From Dirinaria sp. TL-2023a (lineage: Eukaryota), in NCBI GenBank assembly GCA_051941275.1, contig JAVEBF010000053.1, forward strand, positions 1 through 38,808: DNA of 38,808 nucleotides. The letters are read 5' to 3'. Positions 23,601 to 36,049 of this stretch are shown in pieces; the first letter of the stretch is position 1; every line of letters begins with the position of its first letter. A model generated the notes under the pieces. It worked only from the letters and a program-made list of their open reading frames with translations. It did no database searches and was not told the origin of the DNA. A program made the position numbers and the translations under genes.

Positions 23601-26600
23601 AGCTAACACAGCTTTTTGATCCTGATAATAGACCGAGGCCTACTTGAAGTGATGTACCGGTATGATTATGAAAGAGGATATCGTCTTTTAGACTCTCGTT
23701 AGCAAATTGGTGCAGAACTTCCGACACAAGAGCAACGTCTCCTGAAGTACGAAGACGTTGTAGGAAAATTAGACCATGGTAGTCGTCTGCGCGGCCTGCA
23801 CTTAATAAGCCCTCGCGTGATGTAAGTAATTGAAGCCACCGAAAGGCGTCGCGTAGATTGAACTCGAACGGAGTACCATTGAAACGGCTTATAGAGCCAT
23901 TACGCATTAACGAGCTTACCGCCGTTACGGATCGTATTACTTCTTGGATCATCTTCTCGGGGCAAGTGGGAAAAGCCCTACTGCAGATTATTAATTGATC
24001 CTCGGGAGTGAACTCGTCAATGTAAACGACGGTGAACCGATCGACGAAAGAGGCTGGAAGGCCTTTGCGTCCTCCCCCTTGGTGTCTTGGGTTTTGCGCT
24101 GCAAACAGAACAAAGTTTCGATGCTTCAAGAATTTCTGGTTAAGTTCCGGAATATAGATTTCCCCACGATGATCGAGGCAAGCATTCAGTCCTTCAAGGA
24201 CTGATTGCGAAGCTAAATTCATTTCGTCAAGTAGCACCCACTCGCCATTTTTCATGGCTTGGAGGAAAGGGGCTTGACGCCAGCCAAACCCGCTAGCCGC
24301 TTCTCCTCCAAGAGGAACATCCGAGCCAAACAGATCCATTAAGTCGGTCTGGTCGGACAGATTGATACGTGTTAGAGGCATTCCGACTGTGCTGGCGATG
24401 GCGGCGATGAGCGTGGTTTTTCCAACCCCGGGGCTACCTTCGAGGAGGACTGATCGTGACACTTGTAATGCACGTGCGAGTTTAAGCACATTCGCTCCGG
24501 TGGTTGGTGCATCCAGGGCATACGTATGGTCTTGAGAGGGTCGGAGGCCAACGGAGATATGATAAGGTCCTACTGTCAAGGCACGATCAGTGACCGAAAG
24601 GGTAGACTGCCTATGGTAAATGGGAATCATGTCATGATCAAAGATCTGACTTAGCTTCAATAATGCTGCATGTCGCTCTGATGGTATATCTTCGGCCGAC
24701 ATCGACAATTTAGCGGCTGGATCAGCCCCTAAGCTATCGATATATACCAATGCTGCCCCATGATGAATGGTTGTATGCGTGTCGTGTAATACAGATTTGT
24801 TCACGAAACTTATCCATTTAAGGAGATCTCGGATGGATACGCATGTATTGATGGGACTGTAACGAGAAGCAAACCAGCTCGCAAAAGTGACCATCGGTTG
24901 CGCGAACTCAGTCCATGCTGATGCAAGCTTAGTGCGTACTATTTCAAGAAGCTCGTCACCTTCGTCGATATTTGGAACCCATATCTCCGTGAAACGGTTT
25001 CGCAGAGCTGGAGAAAGTTCCTTCTTCCCATAGTCACCACCAGGATTCATGGTTGCAAAGAACTGGAATCCGGCGTCAGCCACGACAGGGACGTTGTCGG
25101 TACCTTTCTCGGCAAGGAACAAAGTGCGACTAGGTTCTAGTACACTATTCAGCCGTTCCAAGACAGAATCGTCAGCTAACGAGATCTCATCAAGTAGAAA
25201 ATGCTCGCCAGCTCTCATGGCTTGTAAAAGACTACCATCAGCCCATTCGAAAAGAGCCTTTGAACGTATCCTATTCAAATTCAAGCGTGATCGCCACTCG
25301 ATGGGAATTTTCTCTGCTTCAAGGGGTTTCAAAGCATCGTAGAACTCTAGTAACGTTGGAAGTTCATCCACTGTACTCCAATCTCCCTCAACTGAGAGGC
25401 TTAGGGCTTGAGCCAGATCCTGAGACAATTGCGAATCCACAGCATCCTTATTTCGTATCGGCCGCTGTGAACCAATGAGATCGCCAGTCTCCAAGTTCTG
25501 GTGGGCGTTAACCGTATGCAACTTGGTACGCAAGCACTCCGCAATGATCTGACAGATCGTTGTCTTTCCAGAGCCTGTTTCACCCACCAGAAGCACAGGT
25601 TCATTACTTTTGAGAGCCTCTAGCACTAGCACATAAAGGCGACGCATAGATTTGGTCCAAATAATATTAGCTGCTATCGGAGCTGTAAAGTCTTCAAATT
25701 TCGGAAGCTTATCTTCGCTATACAAACGTTCCTCATCGATGTGCACCTTCATGATTTCTTCGATAATCTCTCGGACGGCTCTGCGCTCGTCTACGCTTCT
25801 CACTCTCTCAGCGAGCAGTAGATAGCCATTAATGGCAAGTTGCTCTCGGTCATCAGCAACACGCATTGCCCACCTGAAGAGGTCCCTGAGCGTGACGAAA
25901 CTATGCTTCTGTTCGAAAATGCGGCCACTCTGGCGCATGAGCAAAAGTCTCTTGTAAACTGACACAATACGCGCGCAGAAAGAGGGCGCGATCCGGCACC
26001 TTTCGCGTAAAATTGTCTCCAATTCCTGTTCTGGAATATCATCAAAATGCAGTTCAAGGAACCTGTTCCTGAAAGCACGCGAGAGCACTTTTCGACCACC
26101 ATACAATCCTGGTGGGTTCTGCGTGGCAAACAGCATAAAGTTCTCGTGGGGCCGGACGACCTGCTGCGTTTCCGGTATCATGAGCTCTCTATTGTCGTCT
26201 AGCAAACGATTGAGCGCTTCCAGGACATCAGATGGCGCGAGATTGAGCTCATCGAGAACTACCCAGGAACCTTCTCGAAGCGCACGCACCAAAACACCCT
26301 CTTGATACTGCAAATTACCGTCAGGTCCAGAGATATATGTACCTAGGTATTCATGCAGATCCGTGTGCTCATGATTGTTGATTCTAACAAAATGATTACC
26401 AGAGATATTTGCAAGGTATTCTACCATACTAGTCTTGCCGGACGAGGTTGGGCCTTGAAGCAAAACAGGGAATCTGCGAGTCATGGTAGCTCGCACTAGG
26501 TTAAAGAGATTACGTTCAACAAAAGGCGTGATGATGTAGTTTGGTTGCACTGCCTTGGGTAAAGGACCTTGGGCAATCCAGTAATGATGAAAGTGTATGT

Positions 26601-29600
26601 AAGGTTTAGAGCCCTCTGGATGTCTGGGTATTTGACTTAAGAGAGCACGATTGCTTTTCTGAGTACCAAGGATGGTTTTCTCGATTATGGATATGACGAG
26701 TTGACTAGACTCCACCGTCAGAAGCGTAAGAAAGCTCATGCTAAAGCCTTCATAGAGTGCTCTACGTAGGCCGTAGATGGGTGCAATGTCCGTGGCATAC
26801 GTGAGAGTCCTTGTCAATGTTCGCAGGCTAAAGTGCGGTTTTTGATTAGATCCATCGACAAGCGTATTGCTGTGTACAAGCTGCTTTATTCCAAGATAAA
26901 CATTAGCCGCATCAGAAGCAGCACGCATGTCCACGTGATTGTGGTTGCCCAAATACGCTCGGATGACCGATAGTAGGCTTTCGAAATCATCCTCCGGAGA
27001 TGTAACAAATATCTGCGTGAACCTTGAGCGGAGACTTGCCGGAAGATCACGTTTTCCCACATCAGTGACAGGATTCATCGCACCAAAAATTCTGAAGTTC
27101 TTCTGGGCATAGACCCGTTCAGTGTGCCCAGTTTCAGAAAGCAGAAGTGAAGGGCTCCCGTCAACGTCCCCTGAAAGAAGGTCGGCGAGTGTTTCCAGTG
27201 TGTCCATAGATGCAAGATTAATCTCGTCCAGAAGGACCCAGTCCCCGTTTCTAGCAGCTTTAACGACGATGCCTTCGACAAATGAGAAAGCAAAGCCTTT
27301 TGAGCCGCTTGCCAGGTGCATTTCGAAGGTTCTCAGCTGCGATTCGAAATTATTCCACCTGGTTTTAAGGCTTTGAAGTTTCGAATCATCTGTTCTTCTC
27401 TTTTTAGTTGGGTGTTCTCTTGGAACCTGTGTCGAATCAATAGCAGAGCCAACCGTCTGAAGCGCTTCTTTCCAGAGCGATAAGGCGCGGGCCCACCGAT
27501 CTTTTGCAACTGCTTTGGCGGCCGTATTGATATACTTCTCGTTCCGTTTGGAAGAGAACGTGATATTAAATAAATCCTGAAACTCTTCTTGCAAAGGTAT
27601 GGCAAGTGTCCTCATATTCACTGGCTTATATCCACCGAGTAAGTCTGCCGCTTCGCTTTGTTGAGAGAGATTGATCACAATCAGTTTGGTGCCCATGGAT
27701 TTTGCAAGCTGCTGAATCATAGCTGTTTTCCCTGTGCCTGTTTCACCAATCAGTAAGCAGGGCTCCGCCATCTTTACAGCAACTCCCACAGACTCCAAAA
27801 TCCGGAGTGCATGAAGGTTCAAGGCGAAAGGAGATATTTTTCCATCATGGCTTGACGCTCGAATAGCGCTAGTAGACGCCCTGCGTGATAAGGTAGCCCG
27901 ACCGAATGTCACTGTCGACTCCGTCTGCGAGTATTCTGGCTTGCGATATCGCAGGCAGTATTCAACTCGCTCAGTGGGGAACTGCAGCTGTTGAGCAAGC
28001 ATTTCTACCACTGCAACTCTCTCAGAGCCCGGCTGAAGAGATGTAGCAAAGCAATCAACTGCTTCGAGAAATATGTCGTCATTTGTCGCCTCTCTTATTG
28101 CTTCATGCCCATTGACAACGCCAGCAGCGAGCAGGAGTACTTCTAGCCTCGAGCACCATCGGAAGAGGTCGCGTGGACTATACACCCGGGAAGTCGGAAG
28201 AGACATGAACCCCCCAACGGCCTTGCTCCTACCGAGACTTGCAAGGCAGCTATAGGCGTCCATTATTCGAGCTATGTAAGAATGTAGAATGGGAAAGCGA
28301 TATTTTAACACCTCTGCCAGTTCAACGTCCGGTGGCATAAGTAATGCAACCTTCTCCCAGTAGCGAAAGCCAATCGAATCTGAGCCAGGAACTACAGTCC
28401 CTCCATTCACATTGATAAACGAACGAGTGGTGGCAATTAATCGGAACTCGGCAGCAGCGCGTATGATCCCGCCCCAATGAGGTACTACAAGCTCGCGTCG
28501 CTCTAGTAAAGGTAATAAAGTACTGAGAACGTCAGCAGGAGCCCGATCAAGGTCTTCAATGAAGACCCAGCGGCCTTCCATGACTGCAGTCGTTAATACA
28601 CCCGGCTGCCACGTAAATGACTTTGTTTGGCTGTCGCTTGTGTGTATCCCAATGAGTAATTTAGTGTCCGTTTGTTCATTCAGATGGAGGGTAATCATGG
28701 ACGAGCTTTTGTTCAGCTCACGGGCTAAGTCGTATACGATAGATGTTTTACCGACGCCGGCCAAGCCGGTCAGCAACACATTTTTAGATTTCATGAAGGC
28801 CTTCACAAGTGATTGCATGTTCCTTTTCGACGTTTCAGCATATATGAGCGAGGATGGCCGGGAAGGAGCACATTCTGTTCTCGGGATCAGTACATCAGCA
28901 ATGCGAGCAGTGGCCGCGCTAAGCTCGCCAGCTCCAACGACGTCGACAATCCGGGGTATCGAAGCGTTTGTCTGCTGCAGAGCTTGGCATCGTTCCAAGT
29001 CCTGACGGAGCTCATTGATTCGCTTGTCTTCCCACAAGTCAAGAAATATGTAGTCGATGGTTTGAGCTTCCCAGGCACCACTTACGTCGCCACTTGACCC
29101 AAGATATTTATAAATCATTTCGTCTCGTGCTGCATTGGACGCGTGAAGAAAAAGACATAATATCCTGATGGATAAATATCGTACTGAACGACAGCGTTTA
29201 CTAAGCATAAGTTGAAGGTGCGCAGGACTGACAAGTGAGGCGAATGCACCACTGTCAAACGAGACGAGCCGGAAGATTGTAAGGAGATCACTTTGAGCTA
29301 GCTGGTCAGAATCGCTATCAGGCTCTGTAATCCTATCGATGCTGAATTTTTGTGCGATTTCGGCGGAGCATTTGTGCAACAAAGACGTTGCAAACACAGA
29401 TAAATGGGGGGCGAGTGGCAGTATTCTTCCGAGTGCGGCGAGAATTATTAGAGGGTCCCCAAATGCCGAAGGGTTAGATACCCAGCGGCTACATACGTCC
29501 ACGAAAGAGGTCTCGTGGGTAACGAAAATAAGACTTGTATATCCCGGATCTAGAGCCAGCCTTGACACTGCGTCGAGATATTGCGAATTGGTACCATTTC

Positions 29601-29685
29601 GTAAAATAAAAAGCAGTTCTTCCGGCATATGTTCCACGAAGATATGGTTCGCAAGCAACTGTGAGGCTTCCCAGGAGGAAGCCAT
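14608..29685 (-). CDS. MDN1: Midasin (Rea1/Mdn1) dynein-related AAA ATPase for pre-60S ribosome maturation, about 4953 aa; exons 29685-22462, 22409-22092, 22038-21604, 21555-21239, 21175-14608
   Basis: Six Walker A motifs (GLAGVGKT, GETGTGKT, GPTSSGKT, GETGSGKT, GSPGVGKT, GHSGFGKT) with W(V/F)LLDE-type Walker B motifs, a long linker, a D/E-rich region and a C-terminal MIDAS domain (GDFRTGKRLNIKRIIPYIAS, AVDDSKSM, IISDG). Four short GT-AG introns join the ORF pieces in frame; the intron 2 donor could alternatively lie at 22106. Confidence 0.97.
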
Positions 29686-29912
29686 TGCGTTTCCCGAGCC
29701 TGAAAGATCCGTTGGAGTTGACGACCGAACCCTTTAGACTTTTCAATCTGAATTGCAGGGATACCCGAGGAATAGTTTGGCGTCTATTTGACGAGCCGCG
29801 CGCCAAAGGCAACCGGACCGGATAGCCGATCGCTATCGATGGCTTTCCTGCAATCCCCGTTTAGTTTACATGGCCTCATACATCCGCCATTTGTCAACTT
29901 TCGCGCTGGGGA
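29686..29912. promoter_or_regulatory. Probable compact bidirectional promoter between midasin and the CLC gene
   Basis: Divergent start codons only 227 bp apart; no specific motif assigned. Confidence 0.55.
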
Positions 29913-32858
29913 ATGACTAGCTCACCACATGGTGGTCGAGTCGATGGAGGATCCAGTTCTTCGTCTGCACAAGGGGATCAAGAGTCGAGGCGTGATGCAG
30001 AAGGACCGATTGACCGGGCCGCTTTGTTTGACGACCCGCTAGAAGACGATGACCAAGCGCAGCAAGTCTGCTCCTTTCAAAATGCGAGTCTCCCTCGTCA
30101 CTAACGTATCCAAAGGATTAGCTTCAAGAAGAAGAGGAAACTTCCAAGTGGCATCTCACTTCCGAACTTCTTATCACCGTTGCCCAGCGACAGGTCGCAG
30201 ACACCGCCAACTCTTGGTCTTCCAACGGCTCGAAGCCGTCGACTACGGGAGCTGTCATCTCATAACAATTCCGATATATCGCTTGCCTCAGGCAATGGCC
30301 ACGTTACGGACGGTTCTACTTTGAACGGTAACAAGGATGGCGGGCCGTTGGATTGGTATTTGGAGGGTCCTGGTCGACGAGTCGGCTACGATGATCTTAC
30401 AGCGATTGATTGGATATTCGAGTACACCAAGGAGCGTCAACGACTGCGTATGCTCTACTCCCGAGCTACAGGGATTATTGGCCACCTCCAGCAAATGATC
30501 GATGCCAGTCAGATCTGGATTGTGTTGGTGGGTGCTGGGCTCCTGTCCGGTGTACTTGCTGCAGTCATAGACGTCGCAAGCGATTGGCTAGGGGATCTCA
30601 AGACCGGCTACTGCCAAAGTGGCGCGCACGGCGGCCAATTCTACTTGAATCGGGGGTTTTGCTGTTGGGGCCATGAAGGTGATTGACTGCTGCACGCTCA
30701 TATATTTTCTCTAATAAATTGCCTAGAGTCAATCCAATGTCAAGGTTGGAAAAAATGGGGCGAGGCTTTGCACATTAAATCCTCGGTAGGACAATACATT
30801 ATTGAGTATATTCTCTTCGTTCTATATTCTGTATGACTTTCTTCCACCGTCAACATGTCTCTGATCAAGCTCATCCAATACCCTAGGTTCTTTTTGCTTT
30901 CTGCGCCGGCGTTCTCGTCAAAACCTATGCCACTTATGCTAAGCATAGCGGCATACCTGAGATCAAAACTGTTCTCGGAGGCTTCGTCATACGACGTTTC
31001 ATGGGCTTGTGGACGCTTATAATCAAATCACTGGGTTTGGTAGGTGCTCTAATTTCAAAACACAAATTTTGGAATCGGCTCATCGCTTCTTCTAGTGTCT
31101 AGCAGTCGCATCTGGCCTTTGGCTTGGGAAAGAAGGACCGCTAGTGCATGTTGCATGTTGCTGTGCTAACCTTCTCATGAAGCTGTCTCCGAGTCTAAAT
31201 GAGAATGAAGGTATGCGAAGCATTTAGAAGATCAATAAATAGCTGACGGACGCATAGCACGAAAGCGAGAGGTTCTCTCAGCAGCAGCAGCAGCCGGGAT
31301 ATCTGTTGCATTTGGTTCACCGATAGGTGGAGTACTGTTTAGCCTAGAGGTGTGGTGTCCTTTCGTGTCATGTATGGATCACGGCGCTTATTTGATGCAG
31401 CAACTTTCGTATTATTTCCCTGATAAGACAATGTGGCAAAGCTTTGTATGCGCTATGGTAGCTGCTGTGACACTCCAAGCTTTCAACCCATTCCGTACTG
31501 GCAAGCTCGTGCTCTATCAGGTCACCTATACCAGTGGGTGGCACGGATTCGAGATGGTTCCTTTCGCCGTCCTAGGGATCATTGGGGGCTTGTACGGCGG
31601 CCTATTTATCAAGTTAAATATGCGTATTGCCCGATGGAGGAAGACTTCGCGTTGGACAGAGTCTCCTATCATCGAAGTTCTAGCCGTCACCTTGTCTACA
31701 GCAGTCATCAATTTTCCCAACAAATTTATGCGAGCCCAATCGTCGGAGCTAGTATATATGCTGTTTGCGGAGTGTGCGGCCATTACGGATGATCAATTTG
31801 GCATTTGTAAATCCGGCGCTGCATCTGCTGGAGTTATTGCACTCCTGCTAGAAGCAGCAGCCTTGGGTTTCATACTGGCTGCCATAACCTTCGGTCTTCA
31901 GATCCCGGCAGGAATCATCCTCCCTTCAATGGCCATTGGAGCCTTGTATGGGCGGGCTTTGGGCATCCTCGTCGAGATCTGGCAGAACAATCATCCTGAC
32001 GCGCTTATTTTCGCAGCTTGTGAACCAGACATACCTTGTGTGACGCCGGGAACGTATGCCATCATCGGCGCAGCTTCAGCTCTCGGAGGCGTGACGAGAA
32101 TGACGGTCTCTATCGTCGTCATAATGTTCGAGCTGACAGGAGCTTTAACATACGTGCTCCCGATCATGATTGCCGTCATGATTAGCAAATGGGTAGGCGA
32201 TGCTTTCGGGAGACGGGGCATATACGAGACTTGGATACGGTTCAACGAGTATCCTTTTCTAGACAACCGGAATGATTCTCCTGTGCCCGACGTACCGGTC
32301 TCGCAAATAATGACCCAGAATCAAGATTTGGCGGTGCTCACTGCAACTGGCCACACTCTACAGTCCCTTCACGACTTTTTAGTAGCTCAGCCGTATCGGG
32401 GCTTTCCTGTAGTAGCTGACACTACGACTAGTATCCTTCTTGGCTACATCTCACGTACGGAGTTGTTATTTGCCTTGAAGACTGCTGCCGCAGAACCTCG
32501 GAAGCTACCTCCGTCAGCAGACGCTTATTTCTCCCATCAGGTTGCTGCGGACCCACAGAAGACGCTTGACCTTCGTCCATGGATGGACCAGACGCCCATA
32601 ACCCTGAACGCCAAGAGCAGCCTTCAACTGACTGTCAATATGTTCCAAAAGCTCGGCCTTCGATACGTATTATTTTGCGATCGAGGTGCTCTTCAGGGTT
32701 TGCTTACGAAAAAGGACGTGTGGTACGTTCTCAATAGCAGCGGAGGTGGGCCCAGTCCTGGTAGTGGTGTACTGAGAGAAGAATCACGAGGTGAAGCAAG
32801 AGGCCTTTTGAACAGGGATGACGATCCCGATAGCCTTAGCCCTCTCGAGGAAAGGTGA
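29913..32858 (+). CDS. CLC-family chloride channel/transporter (Gef1/ClC-3-like) with C-terminal CBS domains, about 877 aa; exons 29913-30061, 30116-30678, 30727-30830, 30887-31039, 31096-31210, 31258-31349, 31401-32858
   Basis: [75 protein letters not shown] and CBS pair ([20 protein letters not shown]). Six introns reconstructed in frame. Confidence 0.95.
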
Positions 32859-33443
32859 CTGGTCACTCTACCTTCACCACCAGTATGATGAGCTTAAAGA
32901 TCAGACGAGATGCGAATCGTGCCCCAAAAACATTACTAGATGGCTGCGAATCGATCCGAAGCTGCTATGCGATGTCAAGGGACGAGCAGCGGCTCAAGTT
33001 TCACCATAGCCAATACTGCCAATTTGAAAGGTACGTTGCGAAGCATTGTCTAAACGCGTGTACGCCTACATCGTATGCCCTATCTCGATCGAGTTGATGT
33101 GGCTCATGATAGTACATGGAGGATATGGCATCGGCGCTTCCCAGAGACTTGGCTTGCCAATGCTTCGCAGCCCGAGTCTAGAACTGCCTCAATTCATTCA
33201 AGCCTCGTGGATAACTTTTTCATATGAAAATATGAGTCTTCCCCCTTCAGTGGCACTTTTACACTACTCGCTTTTGGCATATCCCGACCCAGAACTGCTT
33301 CGGATATGACAACTCGGTTATACGCGAGTATTGTGCTTGTCAAACATGGCCTGCTCATCGCCGACTCACGAGGTCATACAGACCGGGATTGCGCCAAAGG
33401 ACTAGCAGAAGGGCCTTTTGGAAGTCATCCGAGAGAGATTTTC

Positions 33444-34651
33444 CTAGGATGATCGACCCCAAGTTCCATTTACCCCTTGGACGCCCTTTCCTAATTGGCT
33501 TGCTACAACCGTCGCCTCTCTTACACCTCTGGCTATCGTTCCTCTCAAGCTTCCCTCCTCCAAAACCAGCAGGCCCCCAATGGTACATCCGCCGGGTGTG
33601 CTGACTTTCTCTCTTACTAAAGCCGGGTGCTGGCCTCTTAAGACCATGCCCGCACATCCCCTCATGGTCTGCGCCGCCATCTCTTGTGCCTCGGCTCGTG
33701 GTATTCCCATCGCTACAGCGCCGTCTGCCATCGCTTCCAGCATTAGAGCAAAGAAAGCCGGGCCAGAGCCACACAGAGCTGTTGAGGCGTCCATTACTGA
33801 AGCGGGTAGATGTACAACGCGTCCGATGCGAGCGAACATCCATGTTACTAGCTCCGACTGTTCTGGAGGTAGCGAAGGGTTTGAGGAAGCAATGACCGTC
33901 ATGGACTCTCCATTGACAGACGCTGTATTGGGCATCACCCGCACTATCCTACATCGTTGCTCCCCCTTCGGCAGATCGGAACTTCCATACAGAGTCTCTT
34001 CGATCTGTGATACAGATACACCAGCAAGGATGCTGATGAGGAGTTTACCAGACAACGCTTCACGAACTCCAGGCTCGAGAAGAACGGAGGAAAGATCTTT
34101 CGGCTTACACGCGAGGAGGACTGTCGAAGCGCGTTGCACGGCTTCCAAGTTCTGATTCTGAAGAACTGTGAGTGCAGTGGTCATAGGCCCAATTGTAGAC
34201 TCCAAGCGTTTGACTGATGGAGAACGGGTTACGCAGGCGATGAAACGGCTGAGCGTGCGCGGAGGAGACTCGGAGTTATCCAACGGGGTAGAGGGTGCGG
34301 AAGAATTCAAGGAAGAAATGATTCCCGAAAGAATAGCGGCCCCGAGTGTACCTAGTCTTGAAGCGTCAAAATCCCAAGTACCAGGCATGCAATACCAGGG
34401 GACAGCCAACCGCATCCCAGTACTGCAAGTGTTGCATGCTGGTCGCCCGCGCTTGTGCCATCAGTCTTTGGCTCTGTCGTGGATATTTCGCCGGCGTGTG
34501 GACGAGTATCAACTGCTTGTCCGGCGCTCTCCTTCCATCCCTTAGCATACACAGCCAGTAAACGCGAGCGTTCCGAGTCGCTAGACTCGTGAAGCTGATC
34601 TAGCAACGTTTCGTACAGTCTGACACGATCCTGAAGGTCCCTGGCAGACAT
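33444..34651 (-). CDS. PRO3: Pyrroline-5-carboxylate reductase; exons 34651-34411 (start uncertain), 34351-33444
   Basis: Spliced Rossmann motif TLAVLGCGTLGAAIL, LACKP, ISILAGV, VRVMPNT, DASTALCGSGPAF and VSTPGGCTIGGL. Intron 34352-34410 GTTGGC..TTGAC..TAG. Confidence 0.9.
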
Positions 34652-34920
34652 GTCTTCCAAGGGGTCGATTACACGTGGAAATCTCAGGGCCGAGGGACTG
34701 ATAGCAGGTGAGAGCTTTTTGTGTACGGTGTGTACCTACTTTTTTCGTACTACTACCTTACTTCAATTTTCTTCTAACCCTGATATGGCCCTAAGATATG
34801 ACAATATCATCTGCAACAGCTCCTCCGCCGGGTGCACTTTTACTGCCTTTCCGAAAGGCGGAAATGTACCACAGTGAGCAGAGAGCTATCTCATGACCAT
34901 TGCAACATTGTACTGTCACC

Positions 34921-35752
34921 ATGGCCGACCCATTTGAAGTACGCATGCGCTTCACGTCACAGCTTTTGCACCTGAATGCGTCCGTCAACTCCTCCCAGAA
35001 GGCAGCCCATTATGCGCTCAAGCATCGGGACATGGATGAAGACCTCCACTCTTGCATACTGGAGCAGATAGAGCGAGTATGTGAGTAGGATCCGCACTTG
35101 AACCTACGCTCCCAAACTTATCGACTTCTAGAACAACATGAACAACCGCGCAAATATAATGTACTTCATCGAACACCTCTGCGACATGGCGCAACGAGAA
35201 AACCATCCCAATTACGTGAGGATGATCCAGCAGGATATCCTGACCGTTGTAGATGCTGTTGCACCTAGTGATGGTTCAGGAGCTGCCAATGTCAAGGTGG
35301 TGAGAAGGGTAAGCCTAGGTGTCCCTACGGTTGTCGTTCGAGCTCAACAGATGATTCAGGTACTCGCTAGCCTTCAACAAAAAGCTATACTTACTCCCGA
35401 CCGCGTAACGGAAATCGAAGCCTGCTTGCAGGAGCGAGATACTCTTCCAGCCCACTTAGCGCTCTCTCCGATTGACCCAAACAATCAGCAAGAACATGCG
35501 CCAATACAGTTTCCTAGCTCCAAAAACACGAATGGAGTCTCAAGACCGGACAAGCGTCAGATAGAGCAGAGAATAGAAGAGGACCGTGAGCGACACAAGA
35601 GATTACGGGAGAGCATATGGGCCGTTGGGGATGACGGAGACGAAGAGTTCGAAAGGACGTGGGACGAAGCGAGCGAGATCAATGAGGATGATTACATCGC
35701 CGCAGAGGAGGACGCAGCTGAGAGGATGCAGGCGGTCGAGTTCATAGACTGA
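34921..35752 (+). CDS. CTK3: CTD kinase I gamma subunit (Ctk3), about 241 aa; exons 34921-35076, 35132-35308, 35360-35752
   Basis: MADPFEVRMRFTSQL.HLNAS..SQKAAHYALK..DEDLHSCILEQ, NNMNNRANIMYFIE and C-terminal IEQRIEEDRERHKRLRESIW are characteristic of fungal Ctk3. Confidence 0.92.
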
Positions 35753-36049
35753 CGATTCGGAAATACCATCCTTTTAGACATGCAACCATTTCATCACCAT
35801 CTGAGACAGTGGCCCGGTCGGACAATTGTCCGTAGAAGTTTTCTAGGATGTCTATTCTACACAATTGCCTCAAATGGTATTAGATCTTTGGAGAAATTTT
35901 GTATATACTTGCCCAGGCTCTGCGATCCCTACGCCGAGGAGGAGCTGGAGTCTATGGTCCAAAAATATATGAACTGATTCGTTTGTCGCAGCCGGGACAA
36001 TGTCAATGCCATTCACTGCTCTTAGAGGCTCGTAGAGCCTCTACCATTT

